Made by a program: the position numbers and the translations under genes
Assembly (NCBI GenBank): GCA_041752695.1
Contig: JBGSVZ010000005.1
Coordinates: 43,126 to 107,125 of the forward strand
From: Terrimicrobiaceae bacterium
Lineage (GTDB): Bacteria > Verrucomicrobiota > Verrucomicrobiia > Chthoniobacterales > Terrimicrobiaceae
Direction: 5' to 3'
DNA: 64,000 bases
Notes under the pieces: generated by a model
The model's input: the letters and a program-made list of their open reading frames with translations, nothing else
The model's database searches: none
What the model was told of the DNA's origin: nothing
Part shown: positions 27,353-36,712 of the stretch, one piece after another
How the letters are laid out: each line of letters opens with the position of its first letter
How positions within the stretch are numbered: the stretch's first letter is position 1

Positions 27353-29224
27353 CTAAGTGGCGTCGGGCAGAATTTCTTTCGTCAGTCGGGAAATCCCCTG
27401 TTTGGCGAATTCGCTGGTCTTGTACTCCTTCTGCGCCTTGAGGTACCAGGCCAGACTGGAGCCGGCCTGTTTCTTTTCCTCGAGGATTTCGGCCTGGCGG
27501 ATGGCCCGGACAAAATCCGCGGCCTTGGTGGTGAGGTCGGCGCGGATCTGATTGAGTTTATTGTCGTCGGGGAACGTGCGGAAAGCGGTTTCCGCGCTCT
27601 CCCAGGCCCCGGCGTAGTCGCCGCGTTTTTCGATCTCCTGGGCCTGGATGATCGCCTTCTCGATGGTCTGCATGTCCGTGAGGACTTTGCGGAGCTGCTC
27701 TTGCTTTTCCGGATACATGGCAGTCGCGGCGATGAAGCGCATCTGATCGTCAAAGATCTGGCGGTAATTTTTCTGGCTGAGGAGTTGATCAAAATCGACC
27801 AGGGCGCGGGCTTGGACATCGCCTTGATTGAAGATCGTGCCCGCCACGGTCTTGAGATCGGGGTTCCGCGGCCAGATTTCCATGGCGGCGCGGAGTTCGG
27901 TCTCCAGGGTATCCTTGTCGCCGCTCACGGCAGCGTTGCGCGCCTTGGCGATATGCATGGCGGAAACCTGTCTCGCCGTCTCGATCGCGGCGGTCGCCTT
28001 GGAGGTGTCGATGTCTTTCGCCGACTCATTGAGTTCGAGAACGAGCTTTTCGGCCAGCGTGTAGTCCTTCACCTGAATGGCGCTGATGAGCTGGTTGCCC
28101 TTTTTGACGAAGGCCAGTGCTTTCCGTTTGTCATCGCGGTCGAGCGTGCGCACGCTGGGGAGGTATTCGCCGATGAGGAAGGTTTCCGCCAGGCGTTTGC
28201 TGGCACTTTCCATTTCGCCCTTTTCCAGGAGGTATTTAAACGACTGAACGCCTTCATTCACATCGCGCATGATTTCATTGGCGAGCGAATCAATCGTGCC
28301 GAGGGTCGGAGGCATGCCAGTGGTCTTCGAGAAAAGGCTCTTGGCGTCTTCGCCCACCCGCAGCTGGCTGTCGCCGTCCGAAAAGACGCTGCGGTAAAAC
28401 CGCGTGCCGATCACCGCATGCTGGTAGCGGCGCTGGAGAAAATGCTGGACGATGAGGGCCTGAAACTCAATTTTGACCTGTAACTCGGCGACTTCCTTTT
28501 TCAGTTGATTTGCCTTGAGCAGCGCATTGATTTCCGCGAGGCGCGTGAGAATCGGCTGCATCTCCATGTCGCGTTTGGTCTGTTGCTGTTTTTGCCATTC
28601 CGCGGCAAATCCTTCCTTCTTCGAGCTGCCTCCGCCGCTCTGCAAAAGACTTCCCTCCGCGGCCATCTTGGCGTTCCACTCCAGCCGCTTGCGCTCGGTT
28701 TCGAGGCTCTTGTTGGCATTCATCATGCGCTCGTTGTTGTTCCGGGCCAGCCAGGCGGCATAGACTTGAAACGCAATGGAGTCGCAGAGATTGGCATCAT
28801 CTGGGAACTGCGAGGCCTTGGCCAGGAGGTTGAACGCTTCGTCCATCGACTGGGGCGTCACTTTGCCGGGGGAAAGCCGGTCCATGATCTTGTCGACGAT
28901 GGCCTGATATTCGGCATCCGACTCCGTGGTCTGCGCCGGGGCGCTGAGGAACTTTTCGAAGCGGGCCTCAAAGACGCGGTTGTTATTGATGTTCCAGCTC
29001 TTGCCATCCCAGGTGGCGATTTCTCCGCCCGGGTCGATGAAGGGAATGTCTTTCCCCAGAAAACTGGAGCCGCCGTCATTGGCCGCTGGAGCACCGCTTT
29101 GTCCGCCGTTTGAAGTCTGCGCCGGGGGGGCGGGAGCCGGAGCCGGGGCGGGAGGCTGCGCGTCGGGAACTTGGGCGGAAGCGAGGCCAGCTGAGGCCAG
29201 AAGTGCGGCAAGGGGGAATTTCAT
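27353..29224 (-). CDS. Hypothetical exported all-alpha (TPR-like/coiled-coil) protein
   Basis: 623 aa; signal peptide, Pro/Ala linker and helical-repeat character. Confidence 0.8.
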   Translation of the reverse strand: MKFPLAALLASAGLASAQVPDAQPPAPAPAPAPPAQTSNGGQSGAPAANDGGSSFLGKDIPFIDPGGEIATWDGKSWNINNNRVFEARFEKFLSAPAQTTESDAEYQAIVDKIMDRLSPGKVTPQSMDEAFNLLAKASQFPDDANLCDSIAFQVYAAWLARNNNERMMNANKSLETERKRLEWNAKMAAEGSLLQSGGGSSKKEGFAAEWQKQQQTKRDMEMQPILTRLAEINALLKANQLKKEVAELQVKIEFQALIVQHFLQRRYQHAVIGTRFYRSVFSDGDSQLRVGEDAKSLFSKTTGMPPTLGTIDSLANEIMRDVNEGVQSFKYLLEKGEMESASKRLAETFLIGEYLPSVRTLDRDDKRKALAFVKKGNQLISAIQVKDYTLAEKLVLELNESAKDIDTSKATAAIETARQVSAMHIAKARNAAVSGDKDTLETELRAAMEIWPRNPDLKTVAGTIFNQGDVQARALVDFDQLLSQKNYRQIFDDQMRFIAATAMYPEKQEQLRKVLTDMQTIEKAIIQAQEIEKRGDYAGAWESAETAFRTFPDDNKLNQIRADLTTKAADFVRAIRQAEILEEKKQAGSSLAWYLKAQKEYKTSEFAKQGISRLTKEILPDAT

Positions 29225-29619
29225 GCTTTGGTCAGGTCCTTCGTCCGGAGCATACCATCGTCATCCACTTCGAGCAAAAAAATAAACCGCTGCCCTTTCT
29301 GCACATTCACGTCGTTAAACTTCGTGGTGATCAGGACGGGCAACACATCGTTGCTGTCGTCCACGCTGATGGCAAAAAGCCGGCCGGACGAGGGCGACCA
29401 GGCGAGGGATTCCTCCACCTTGCCTTCAATTTTGTAGACATTGCCGCGCAGGCTGTTGGCATTTTCCAGATAGGCCCGGACGTCCAGCGTGGCGGTCGTC
29501 CGAAACGGTTCGGAGGCCACACCAAGAAACAATCGGGATCCGATAAAGGCTGCGACCACCAGAACGGCAGCCAACACAATCCACATCGGTTTCAGGGAAC
29601 TTTTACTTCTTCTCGCCAC
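29221..29619 (-). CDS. Hypothetical membrane-anchored protein, possibly OB-fold
   Basis: N-terminal TM anchor and beta-rich body; ATGA overlap with the 623-aa gene. Confidence 0.75.
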   Translation of the reverse strand: MARRSKSSLKPMWIVLAAVLVVAAFIGSRLFLGVASEPFRTTATLDVRAYLENANSLRGNVYKIEGKVEESLAWSPSSGRLFAISVDDSNDVLPVLITTKFNDVNVQKGQRFIFLLEVDDDGMLRTKDLTKA

Positions 29620-29674
29620 ACTTCTGAGTAGCCCTGCCCCTGGTGAACATCAAGAAATCTTCACGCCCCTCTTC

Positions 29675-30061
29675 TCAGGGGCCAACGACCACGTAGCCCA
29701 ACTTTTCAAAAAACGCCCGCACGCGGTCGGGCTGGTCGCCTTGCAATTCAATCTCCCGGCCTTGCAGAGAACCGCCACACCCAAGGGATTTCCGGGAGTC
29801 GCGGCACAGATTCTCCAGTTCCGGCGGCGAGAGGTGGGTGGGAAGCTGGCTGACCACCACCACGGTTTTGCCGCCCCGATGAGACTTTTCGCGGCGCAGC
29901 ACGATGCGGTGGCGGGTGCGTTTTTCCGAACGGTTTGGTGGGCGGGAGGGTGGGGCCGGAACGTCGGCGGGACCTTCCGGCAGTCCAGCGGAGTCCAACG
30001 ACGCGAACGGGGACTGCAACGGGGACTGCGGAGCGGAAACGGGAATTTTTTTGCTCATCAA
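29675..30061 (-). CDS. yciH: SUI1/eIF1-like translation initiation factor
   Basis: RGGKTVVVV, LGCGGS and IELQGDQ. Confidence 0.88.
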   Translation of the reverse strand: MMSKKIPVSAPQSPLQSPFASLDSAGLPEGPADVPAPPSRPPNRSEKRTRHRIVLRREKSHRGGKTVVVVSQLPTHLSPPELENLCRDSRKSLGCGGSLQGREIELQGDQPDRVRAFFEKLGYVVVGP

Positions 30062-30132
30062 AGTGGGTGAAACTTTTCGCGAACTGCCTCGGCGCGTTGG
30101 AAGTCTCGTCCAGGCTCCGCTGACCGGACAAC

Positions 30133-30768
30133 CTAGTCGCCGATGGTGACCACCGTGCCAGACGGCGCATTCTCAAAAAACAGCCGGGCAATTTCATCAG
30201 GGAGACGGACACAGCCATGAGAAGCGGGATAGCCGGGAAGGACGCCGGTGTGCATGCCCACTCCACCGTCGGTGAGGCGCATGAACCAGCGCATGGGGGC
30301 GCCGCGATAGACGGTTCCGCTCGGCGCGGAGTCGATTTTTGTGCTGACACCGGAACGGACGACCCGTCCTGTCCGGGGATTGATGAACTCGCCGTAGATG
30401 TTCGAGCGGTGATCCTTGTTTTTCTGCGTGATCTTGAAAGTGCCCTTCGGGGTCATCCCAGCGCGTTTGCCGGAGGAAATGGGGGTGTCGATCGCGATTT
30501 CTTCGCCGACAAAGAAGAACGCTCTTTGCTTGCCCAGAGAGATGGAGATGGAGACATTCTCCGGCGTGGCTTTCTCCAATACCCTCGGATGCACTTTGGG
30601 CGGATCCTGTTTTCTGATGAGCTCCGAAGCCTTTTTTTGTTTTTTGGGCAACGGAGTCGCACCGGTCTGTTGCTGCGCCAGCGCCTGGCCGAAAACAAAC
30701 GTCGCCACGAGGAGGGCGATTGCGGGAAAGGCGGGAAATTTGATTTCCGGAATAAAGGCGCGGGTCAT
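30133..30768 (-). CDS. L,D-transpeptidase (YkuD family)
   Basis: Signal peptide, TPKGTF, and GMHTG.LPGYPASHGCVRL catalytic motif. Confidence 0.9.
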   Translation of the reverse strand: MTRAFIPEIKFPAFPAIALLVATFVFGQALAQQQTGATPLPKKQKKASELIRKQDPPKVHPRVLEKATPENVSISISLGKQRAFFFVGEEIAIDTPISSGKRAGMTPKGTFKITQKNKDHRSNIYGEFINPRTGRVVRSGVSTKIDSAPSGTVYRGAPMRWFMRLTDGGVGMHTGVLPGYPASHGCVRLPDEIARLFFENAPSGTVVTIGD

Positions 30769-30828
30769 TGTGTTGGCACGGATGCCCTTCCGCTTAATCG
30801 TTGCCGCCGGATTTCGCAACGAGATTCC

Positions 30829-32664
30829 ATGAACGTCTGCCGCATACTTGTTCTGCTCTGCCTGGTTGCGGCGGGATCGACCCTGGCTGCACCGAAAGAA
30901 CCACCCAGTCCACCACCGCCGCCGATGCCGCAGGCGCAGAACGTCACGATCTTCCGGGGCCGTTCGGTGGAGATCCCGCTTCGCGCCATCGGTCGTGCTC
31001 CGAGCCAGTTGAAATTTCTCATCCGCACGCCCCCCAAATATGGCCGTCTCGGCGAGATCCGTTTCACCGGGCGCAAGACGGCGGTGGTGACCTATTCCCA
31101 CGACGAAAAGGCGACCGCAGCGTACGATAGTTTTACCTATGCGGTGCAGGCGGTCGATACGGCGGTTTCCGCGGCGGGTACGGTTCACATAGCCATCTCG
31201 GAGGAACCGCCCGCGTTGTCCGTTGTCCATACGCTCGATTTCGGGCAGCTCTGGGTGGGAGAAACGCGCGAGGAGGAAATCACGGTCCTGAACACCGGAG
31301 GAGGTTCTCTCGCCGGTCGGATGATCGTTTCCGAACCCTGGCGGATCCTGGGTTCGGCCGAATACCGCCTTGCCCGCAAGGAGCAGAAAAGAGTGCGTGT
31401 CCTCTTCGCGCCAGCGGATGCGGGGGAGTTTGCCGCCCGACTGCTCTTTAGTCACGACACGCGTTCCAGTGTCACTCTGTCGGGGGCGGCGGAGGCACCC
31501 CTGGAGTTCGCGCCGGCCGACGAGCTGCTGCTTTCCCCCGAAGCTGGAAAAACCACCCGTGCCGGAAGCCTCTCCATCCGCAATCGCACACCGGCTGAGC
31601 GTGCGGTGGAGATTTCCGTTCCAGACACCATCGAGGCGCCGGAGGAAATTGTCGTTCCGGCCAATGGCGAGACGACCGTGGAACTTCGGACCAAACCGGG
31701 GTTTTTGGCGGCGCTGGAAGATCGGGTGGATTTGCAAAGCGACCGCTATCAACGCAGCGTACCTTTGCGCGTCCTGGCCATGCCGCCCGTGTTGCGGGCA
31801 GAACCCGAAAGCCTCGACTTCGGTACGGTTCCCCTTAAATTTCCCACCCGCAAAACACTCACCGTTGTCAACGACGGCGGTTCCCTGGCACGGATGCGCC
31901 TGGAAACGCCTCCTGAAGTTCTTCTGATTCCCGACCCCAACGCCACCGTGCTGGCACCCGGGGAGAAACGCATGTTTGAAGTGGAGCTGGAGGTATCGGG
32001 CACCGGGACGTTTCGCAAAAACATCAACGTTGCCACGGAGGGGGCTTCCGCTTTGACCATTCCCCTTTCGGCCGTCGGCATCGCCGGCGAACCCCAGCCA
32101 AAATCCACGCTACCGGCTCAGACTCATCCCTCCGTGAAGCGGGATCTCCCTTCGTCGCTTCCTCCGCGGATTCTCGTGGAAGAAATCCCCGCCGGGACCT
32201 TGAGCAACATTCCCCCTGTGACCGAATTTCAGACGGTCGTGATTTCTCCATCCTCCTTGGAAATCAAATGGAAAAAGCCCGCGCCCAATGCTGTTACGAC
32301 GTTGATCGAATACCGCAGCATCGAGCCGGGAATTAACGGTCCCGCCAAACTCATCTGGCACAAATGGCAGGGCGCCGCCGTGCGCGAGGAATCGGGGAAT
32401 GTTGTCGCCCTGTTCGGCAATCTTCCCCTCGGACGCACTTGGTACATCCGCTTCACCTCGCTGGACGAAACCGGCCGCCGCTCCCGCCCGTCTCCCACAC
32501 TTTTGCTGGCCACACCCCCGGCTCCTCCCGTCAGGTGGCAGTGGTGGGTCCTCGGCGTGGTCGTTGTCGGCGGAGTCGTTTACGCCATCGTCCTCATCCG
32601 ACGGGGACGTGAAGCCGAAGACCAGGCCGACGCCGATCGGCTGGCCAAGCTGGGGAAGGTTTGA
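30829..32664 (+). CDS. Membrane-anchored multi-Ig-like (ASH/PapD-like, FN3-like) surface protein
   Basis: Signal peptide, repeated LDFG...TV.N.GG units, FN3-like LEIKWKKP...NLPLGRTWYIR, and a C-terminal TM segment with RRGR. Confidence 0.7.
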   Translation: MNVCRILVLLCLVAAGSTLAAPKEPPSPPPPPMPQAQNVTIFRGRSVEIPLRAIGRAPSQLKFLIRTPPKYGRLGEIRFTGRKTAVVTYSHDEKATAAYDSFTYAVQAVDTAVSAAGTVHIAISEEPPALSVVHTLDFGQLWVGETREEEITVLNTGGGSLAGRMIVSEPWRILGSAEYRLARKEQKRVRVLFAPADAGEFAARLLFSHDTRSSVTLSGAAEAPLEFAPADELLLSPEAGKTTRAGSLSIRNRTPAERAVEISVPDTIEAPEEIVVPANGETTVELRTKPGFLAALEDRVDLQSDRYQRSVPLRVLAMPPVLRAEPESLDFGTVPLKFPTRKTLTVVNDGGSLARMRLETPPEVLLIPDPNATVLAPGEKRMFEVELEVSGTGTFRKNINVATEGASALTIPLSAVGIAGEPQPKSTLPAQTHPSVKRDLPSSLPPRILVEEIPAGTLSNIPPVTEFQTVVISPSSLEIKWKKPAPNAVTTLIEYRSIEPGINGPAKLIWHKWQGAAVREESGNVVALFGNLPLGRTWYIRFTSLDETGRRSRPSPTLLLATPPAPPVRWQWWVLGVVVVGGVVYAIVLIRRGREAEDQADADRLAKLGKV

Positions 32665-32688
32665 AAGGCGGGTGGCCCGTCCGCGGCG

Positions 32689-33981
32689 TCAGACAAAGGC
32701 CCCCTGCTCGCGCAGGGTTTCGCGGAGGAGAGCGGCATCGAGATCGCGGGTGGACTTCAGACCCGCCCTGACGCACAAAGCGGCCGCAGTACCCGCGGCC
32801 TGCCCGATGGCCATGACCTGCGGGGTGATGCGGATTGCGGCGTGGGCTTCGTGGGTCGAGTCGAGGCATCGGGAGGCGATAAGAAGATTCGCGATGCCGC
32901 GGGCGCGGATGCTGCGATAGGGGATTTCATACCATTTGCCCTCTGGCGGATGAATGCGCTGGGTGCCTTCACCGGTGGGACTGTGGATGTCGATGAACCA
33001 GTCGCCTCGCGCAATGCAGTCCTCAAACGGCACGACGTCGATGATATCCTGCGCGGTGATGGTGTAATCGCCGGAAATGCGCCGAGTCTCGCGCACGCCG
33101 ATGTGGGAGGGCGTTTCGGAAACGGTGGCGTTTTCGAAGCCGGGGATGTTTTTCCGCATGAAGGCCGCGACCTCGGCGACCTGGCGGCGTCCTTCGATGG
33201 TGGCTTCCGTGACGTCCCGCACCTTTGTGCCATCCTTACCCACAATGCGGGTGGTGTTGAAGTTCCATTGTCCCGGCCGGGGGTTCGGCCCGGCCAGCAC
33301 GTCCTCGCGGGGGACGGTGACTTCGCCGCGGGCTTTGGCGGCCTGCCAGGCGAGGGTAAAATCGGGATCGGCTGTTTTGGCTTCGAGCGCGCGCTCTGTT
33401 TCGACGCCGTCCATTTTGAAAATCATCGTCATCGGTTGCACCCCACCGTCGCTTTCGCGGCCCTGGGCGAACGGCACCCCGGCGCGGACACAGACGTCAC
33501 CGTCCCCGGAGGCGTCGATGATTTGCTTGCCGAGTATGACCTGGCGGCCTTCCTTGGACTCCACAATCACTCCGGTCACGCGGTCCCCTTCGCGGATGAC
33601 ATCGGCGACTAGGACAAAAAAGTAGGGGATCACCCCCGCTTCGACGACGAGTTTGTCGAGGACGCTCTTGGCGATCTCGCTGTCATAAGTGCCGCCCCGG
33701 CCGGGTTGATCGCTGAACGCCGCCCAACCGCCCTGGCGGGCGAGGCCCTCGACGACTTCGAGAAAAATTCCGCGGACAAACGGGAAAGGCATGACCGCGC
33801 TGAGGATGCCAGCCGTCCACGTACCGCCGAAGCTGCCGAAACGTTCGACGAGAATCGTCCGCGCTCCATTACGGGCCGCCGCGATGGCGGCTCCGACCCC
33901 GCCGGGTCCCCCGCCAAGCACGAGCACATCCGCTTCATCCAACACCGGGAGGGCTTTGGCCGGTTCCTGATACGTCTTCAT
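32689..33981 (-). CDS. FAD-dependent oxidoreductase (FAD_oxidored family)
   Basis: DVLVLGGGPGG, IDASGDGD, GVRETRRI, YEIPYRS and GQAAGTAA. Confidence 0.88.
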   Translation of the reverse strand: MKTYQEPAKALPVLDEADVLVLGGGPGGVGAAIAAARNGARTILVERFGSFGGTWTAGILSAVMPFPFVRGIFLEVVEGLARQGGWAAFSDQPGRGGTYDSEIAKSVLDKLVVEAGVIPYFFVLVADVIREGDRVTGVIVESKEGRQVILGKQIIDASGDGDVCVRAGVPFAQGRESDGGVQPMTMIFKMDGVETERALEAKTADPDFTLAWQAAKARGEVTVPREDVLAGPNPRPGQWNFNTTRIVGKDGTKVRDVTEATIEGRRQVAEVAAFMRKNIPGFENATVSETPSHIGVRETRRISGDYTITAQDIIDVVPFEDCIARGDWFIDIHSPTGEGTQRIHPPEGKWYEIPYRSIRARGIANLLIASRCLDSTHEAHAAIRITPQVMAIGQAAGTAAALCVRAGLKSTRDLDAALLRETLREQGAFV

Positions 33982-34070
33982 CAAGTCACGATGGCAGGCA
34001 TGACTCAATTTGCCAGCGAAGGAGCTTGCTGAACTTACAGAAAAACTTACATAATAACCTGATGCAAGGC

Positions 34071-34916
34071 ATGGAAATGAAATTGACGGTGGAGGATTGG
34101 TCGTCTCTGCGTGCCCGGCTGCTTTGGTGTTACCAAGGTGAGGTCGCGCCTTCGAATCGTCGGGAAATAACTCAAGGGCGGCGTCTGACGGCTTGGTGGA
34201 TTCATGCTGGCGCGGTGACGGTGACGAGTCGGGGAAAATCATTAAGTGCGGGCGAGGGCGACTGGATTTTTTGCGGTCCCGAACCGTGGGAGCAGAGTTT
34301 CACGGGAAAGGCTCGATTGCTCTCGATCAACTTCCACCTGGAGTGGCCCTCGGGTGACTCGCTGGTCGAACCGTTTTTTGTCATCCCGGCCGCTGATCAT
34401 CCGGCCCTGGCGGCGGCAGCGAAACCACTCCTGGCTTTGCTCCGTCGGAAATTTCCCGGTGTTCGCGTGGACCTCCAGGGACTCTCCGCCAGTCCGACGG
34501 CGTTTTTTCAGCTGCAGCAACTTTTTTCCGCCTGGGTGCTGGCCTATCTCGAAACCGTGCTGGCTCTCGGGGTGCTGCCGGCGCGTATGACGGGAGTGGA
34601 CCCGCGGGTGCAGGCGGCTCTGCGCCTGCTGGACCGGCAGGGCTGGGAGGTGCGGTATCGCGAGGAGGCGCTTGCCCGGCAAGTGGGTTTAAGCGTCGGG
34701 CACCTCGACCGGCTTTTTGTTCATCAGATGGGGACGACTCCCCGGGGTTATCTGCAAAAACGACGGTTGGAGTCCGCGCGCGCCCGGCTGCGGGAGCCGG
34801 TCATGGCCATCAAAAAAGTGGCGTATGAACTCGGCTTCTCGTCGCCGGCGCATTTCAGTCATTGGTTCCGCGAGGCCACCGGGCAATCGCCCCGGGAGTT
34901 TCGCGCCGCGGACTGA
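34071..34916 (+). CDS. AraC family transcriptional regulator
   Basis: GLSVGHLDRLF and IKKVAYELGFSSPAHFSHWF..TGQSP. Confidence 0.92.
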   Translation: MEMKLTVEDWSSLRARLLWCYQGEVAPSNRREITQGRRLTAWWIHAGAVTVTSRGKSLSAGEGDWIFCGPEPWEQSFTGKARLLSINFHLEWPSGDSLVEPFFVIPAADHPALAAAAKPLLALLRRKFPGVRVDLQGLSASPTAFFQLQQLFSAWVLAYLETVLALGVLPARMTGVDPRVQAALRLLDRQGWEVRYREEALARQVGLSVGHLDRLFVHQMGTTPRGYLQKRRLESARARLREPVMAIKKVAYELGFSSPAHFSHWFREATGQSPREFRAAD

Positions 34917-35028
34917 AACGGGATTTTCCGTCTGAGCAGGCGCCCTGGCCGTTTTGCGCCTTGGGACATGATTCTTGTTGCCTGGGCGCGACCCGCCGCA
35001 GACACTGGGCGTTCCACTACCTCTCGAC

Positions 35029-36039
35029 ATGCAACTCGGAATGATCGGTCTCGGCAGGATGGGCGCCAACATGGTTCGGCGGCTCATGAAACAAGGACAC
35101 GAATGCGTCGTTTTCGACACCAACCCGGAGACGGTTGCCCAGCTGGTCAGCGAAGGAGCTATTGGCTCGGCTTCGCTGGCAGAATTTGCGGGTAAACTGT
35201 CCCAGCCGCGTAATGCCTGGGTGATGGTGCCCGCCGCCATCACGGACAAAGTGGTTGACGACCTGGCGTCGCATTTTGTGACGGACGACACCATCATCGA
35301 CGGTGGCAATTCGTATTTTCGCGATGATCGCCGCCGCAGTGCCCGGCTGCGTCAGGCTGGCATCCATTATCTCGACGTCGGCACCAGCGGCGGCGTGTGG
35401 GGACTTGAACGCGGATATTGCATGATGATCGGCGGAGACAAGGAAGCCGTGGATCGTCTCGATCCAATTTTTTCCACCCTCGCACCCGGAATGGGCGATG
35501 TGCCGCGCACCCCGGGTCGGGAAAAACTCGGCGGAACGGCCGAACACGGTTATCTGCATTGCGGTCCATCGGGCGCCGGCCATTTCGTCAAGATGATCCA
35601 CAACGGCATCGAATACGGCATGATGGCGGCTTACGGCGAAGGGTTTGATATTCTCGCCAATGCCAACGCCAGCCTGAAAAAAGGCCAGGCGGATGCGGAG
35701 ACGGCACCGGTGGGCGACGACTATGTGTACGACATCAATCTGGCGGACGTTTCCGAAGTCTGGCGTCGGGGCAGCGTGGTGAGTTCCTGGCTGCTCGATC
35801 TGGCGGCCTCGGCCTTTGCCGAGAGTCCGAAGCTCGAGGAGTATTCCGGCCATGTGGCGGATTCGGGCGAGGGACGTTGGACGATCATGGCGGCGATTGA
35901 GGAAGCGGTGGATTGCGACGTGCTGAGCGCGGCGTTGTTTGCCCGGTTCCGGTCCCGCAAGGACCACACGATGGCGGAGAAAGTTTGCTCGGCCATGCGG
36001 TTCCAGTTCGGCGGCCATCTCGAAAAGCCGGTCGTTTAA
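35029..36039 (+). CDS. gnd: 6-phosphogluconate dehydrogenase (decarboxylating), short type
   Basis: [43 protein letters not shown] and FGGH. Confidence 0.95.
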   Translation: MQLGMIGLGRMGANMVRRLMKQGHECVVFDTNPETVAQLVSEGAIGSASLAEFAGKLSQPRNAWVMVPAAITDKVVDDLASHFVTDDTIIDGGNSYFRDDRRRSARLRQAGIHYLDVGTSGGVWGLERGYCMMIGGDKEAVDRLDPIFSTLAPGMGDVPRTPGREKLGGTAEHGYLHCGPSGAGHFVKMIHNGIEYGMMAAYGEGFDILANANASLKKGQADAETAPVGDDYVYDINLADVSEVWRRGSVVSSWLLDLAASAFAESPKLEEYSGHVADSGEGRWTIMAAIEEAVDCDVLSAALFARFRSRKDHTMAEKVCSAMRFQFGGHLEKPVV

Positions 36040-36073
36040 AGGCGACGTTGACGCCCAATCAGGACGGCAGAAA

Positions 36074-36152
36074 TTTTACCGCGGATGAAGCGGATTGAGC
36101 GAATCAGAGGCAGGAAATTTATCCGCTTGATCCGCAAAATCCGCGGTTAAAA
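36074..36152. repeat. Long imperfect palindrome built from 9-nt GCGGAT-core units
   Basis: TTTTACCGCGGATGAAGCGGATTGAGCGAAT-spacer-ATCCGCTTGATCCGCAAAATCCGCGGTTAAAA. Confidence 0.8.
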
Positions 36153-36157
36153 ATCCT

Positions 36158-36619
36158 GTGAGGCGTGTGTTGTTGGGAATGCTTTTGCTCGTCGCCGGTT
36201 GCGCCGCCAGTCGCGAGGCGGTTCCGTTTGTGACGGCCTCAAGCCAGTCTGCGGTCGTGCGCTGGCAGCAAGGCGGGCGGGTCTTTGTGCGGGAGGCCGT
36301 TTGCGAACGCTCCGACGCGGGTGCCGTGCGGGTCGCTCTCGGGGAAAAACCCGCTGAGCGACAGTTTTCCCTGGAACCCGACGGGTGGTTCATCGCGCCG
36401 GGCTGGTCGGGGGAGGTGGGCGAGGCGACGCTGGATCTGACGGTCTGGGCCTCGTTCCTCACCATTTTTCAGAATGCCGACCGGCTTCCTCTTGGGGAGC
36501 GCGAACTGCACACCCCGGCCGCACGCGTGGCGGTGGACAAGACGAGAGGCGGCCTTCGGTCGCTGAGCATCCGCAGCCAGGATACGGCGGAATCGCTCAG
36601 CGTAGTATTTCACAAATAG
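36158..36619 (+). CDS. Hypothetical lipoprotein
   Basis: GTG start; lipobox LLVAGC. Confidence 0.7.
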   Translation: MRRVLLGMLLLVAGCAASREAVPFVTASSQSAVVRWQQGGRVFVREAVCERSDAGAVRVALGEKPAERQFSLEPDGWFIAPGWSGEVGEATLDLTVWASFLTIFQNADRLPLGERELHTPAARVAVDKTRGGLRSLSIRSQDTAESLSVVFHK

Positions 36620-36625
36620 GAAATG

Positions 36626-36684
36626 CTGTAGGCCGTTGCGCTGCGACGGCAGGACGTGAGCCGCCCCGGCGGTGCGGCCTACAG
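36626..36684. repeat. GTAG-type REP doublet
   Basis: CTGTAGGCCG...CGGCCTACAG inverted ends with internal hairpins, between convergent genes. Confidence 0.65.
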
Positions 36685-36712
36685 TGATGGCTAAGCGTGT
36701 GATGGACTCGGC

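Noticed and set aside
30769..31752. N-terminal extension making the L,D-transpeptidase 539 aa
   Set aside because: Overlaps the opposite-strand Ig-like gene; the signal peptide begins after ATG 30768.
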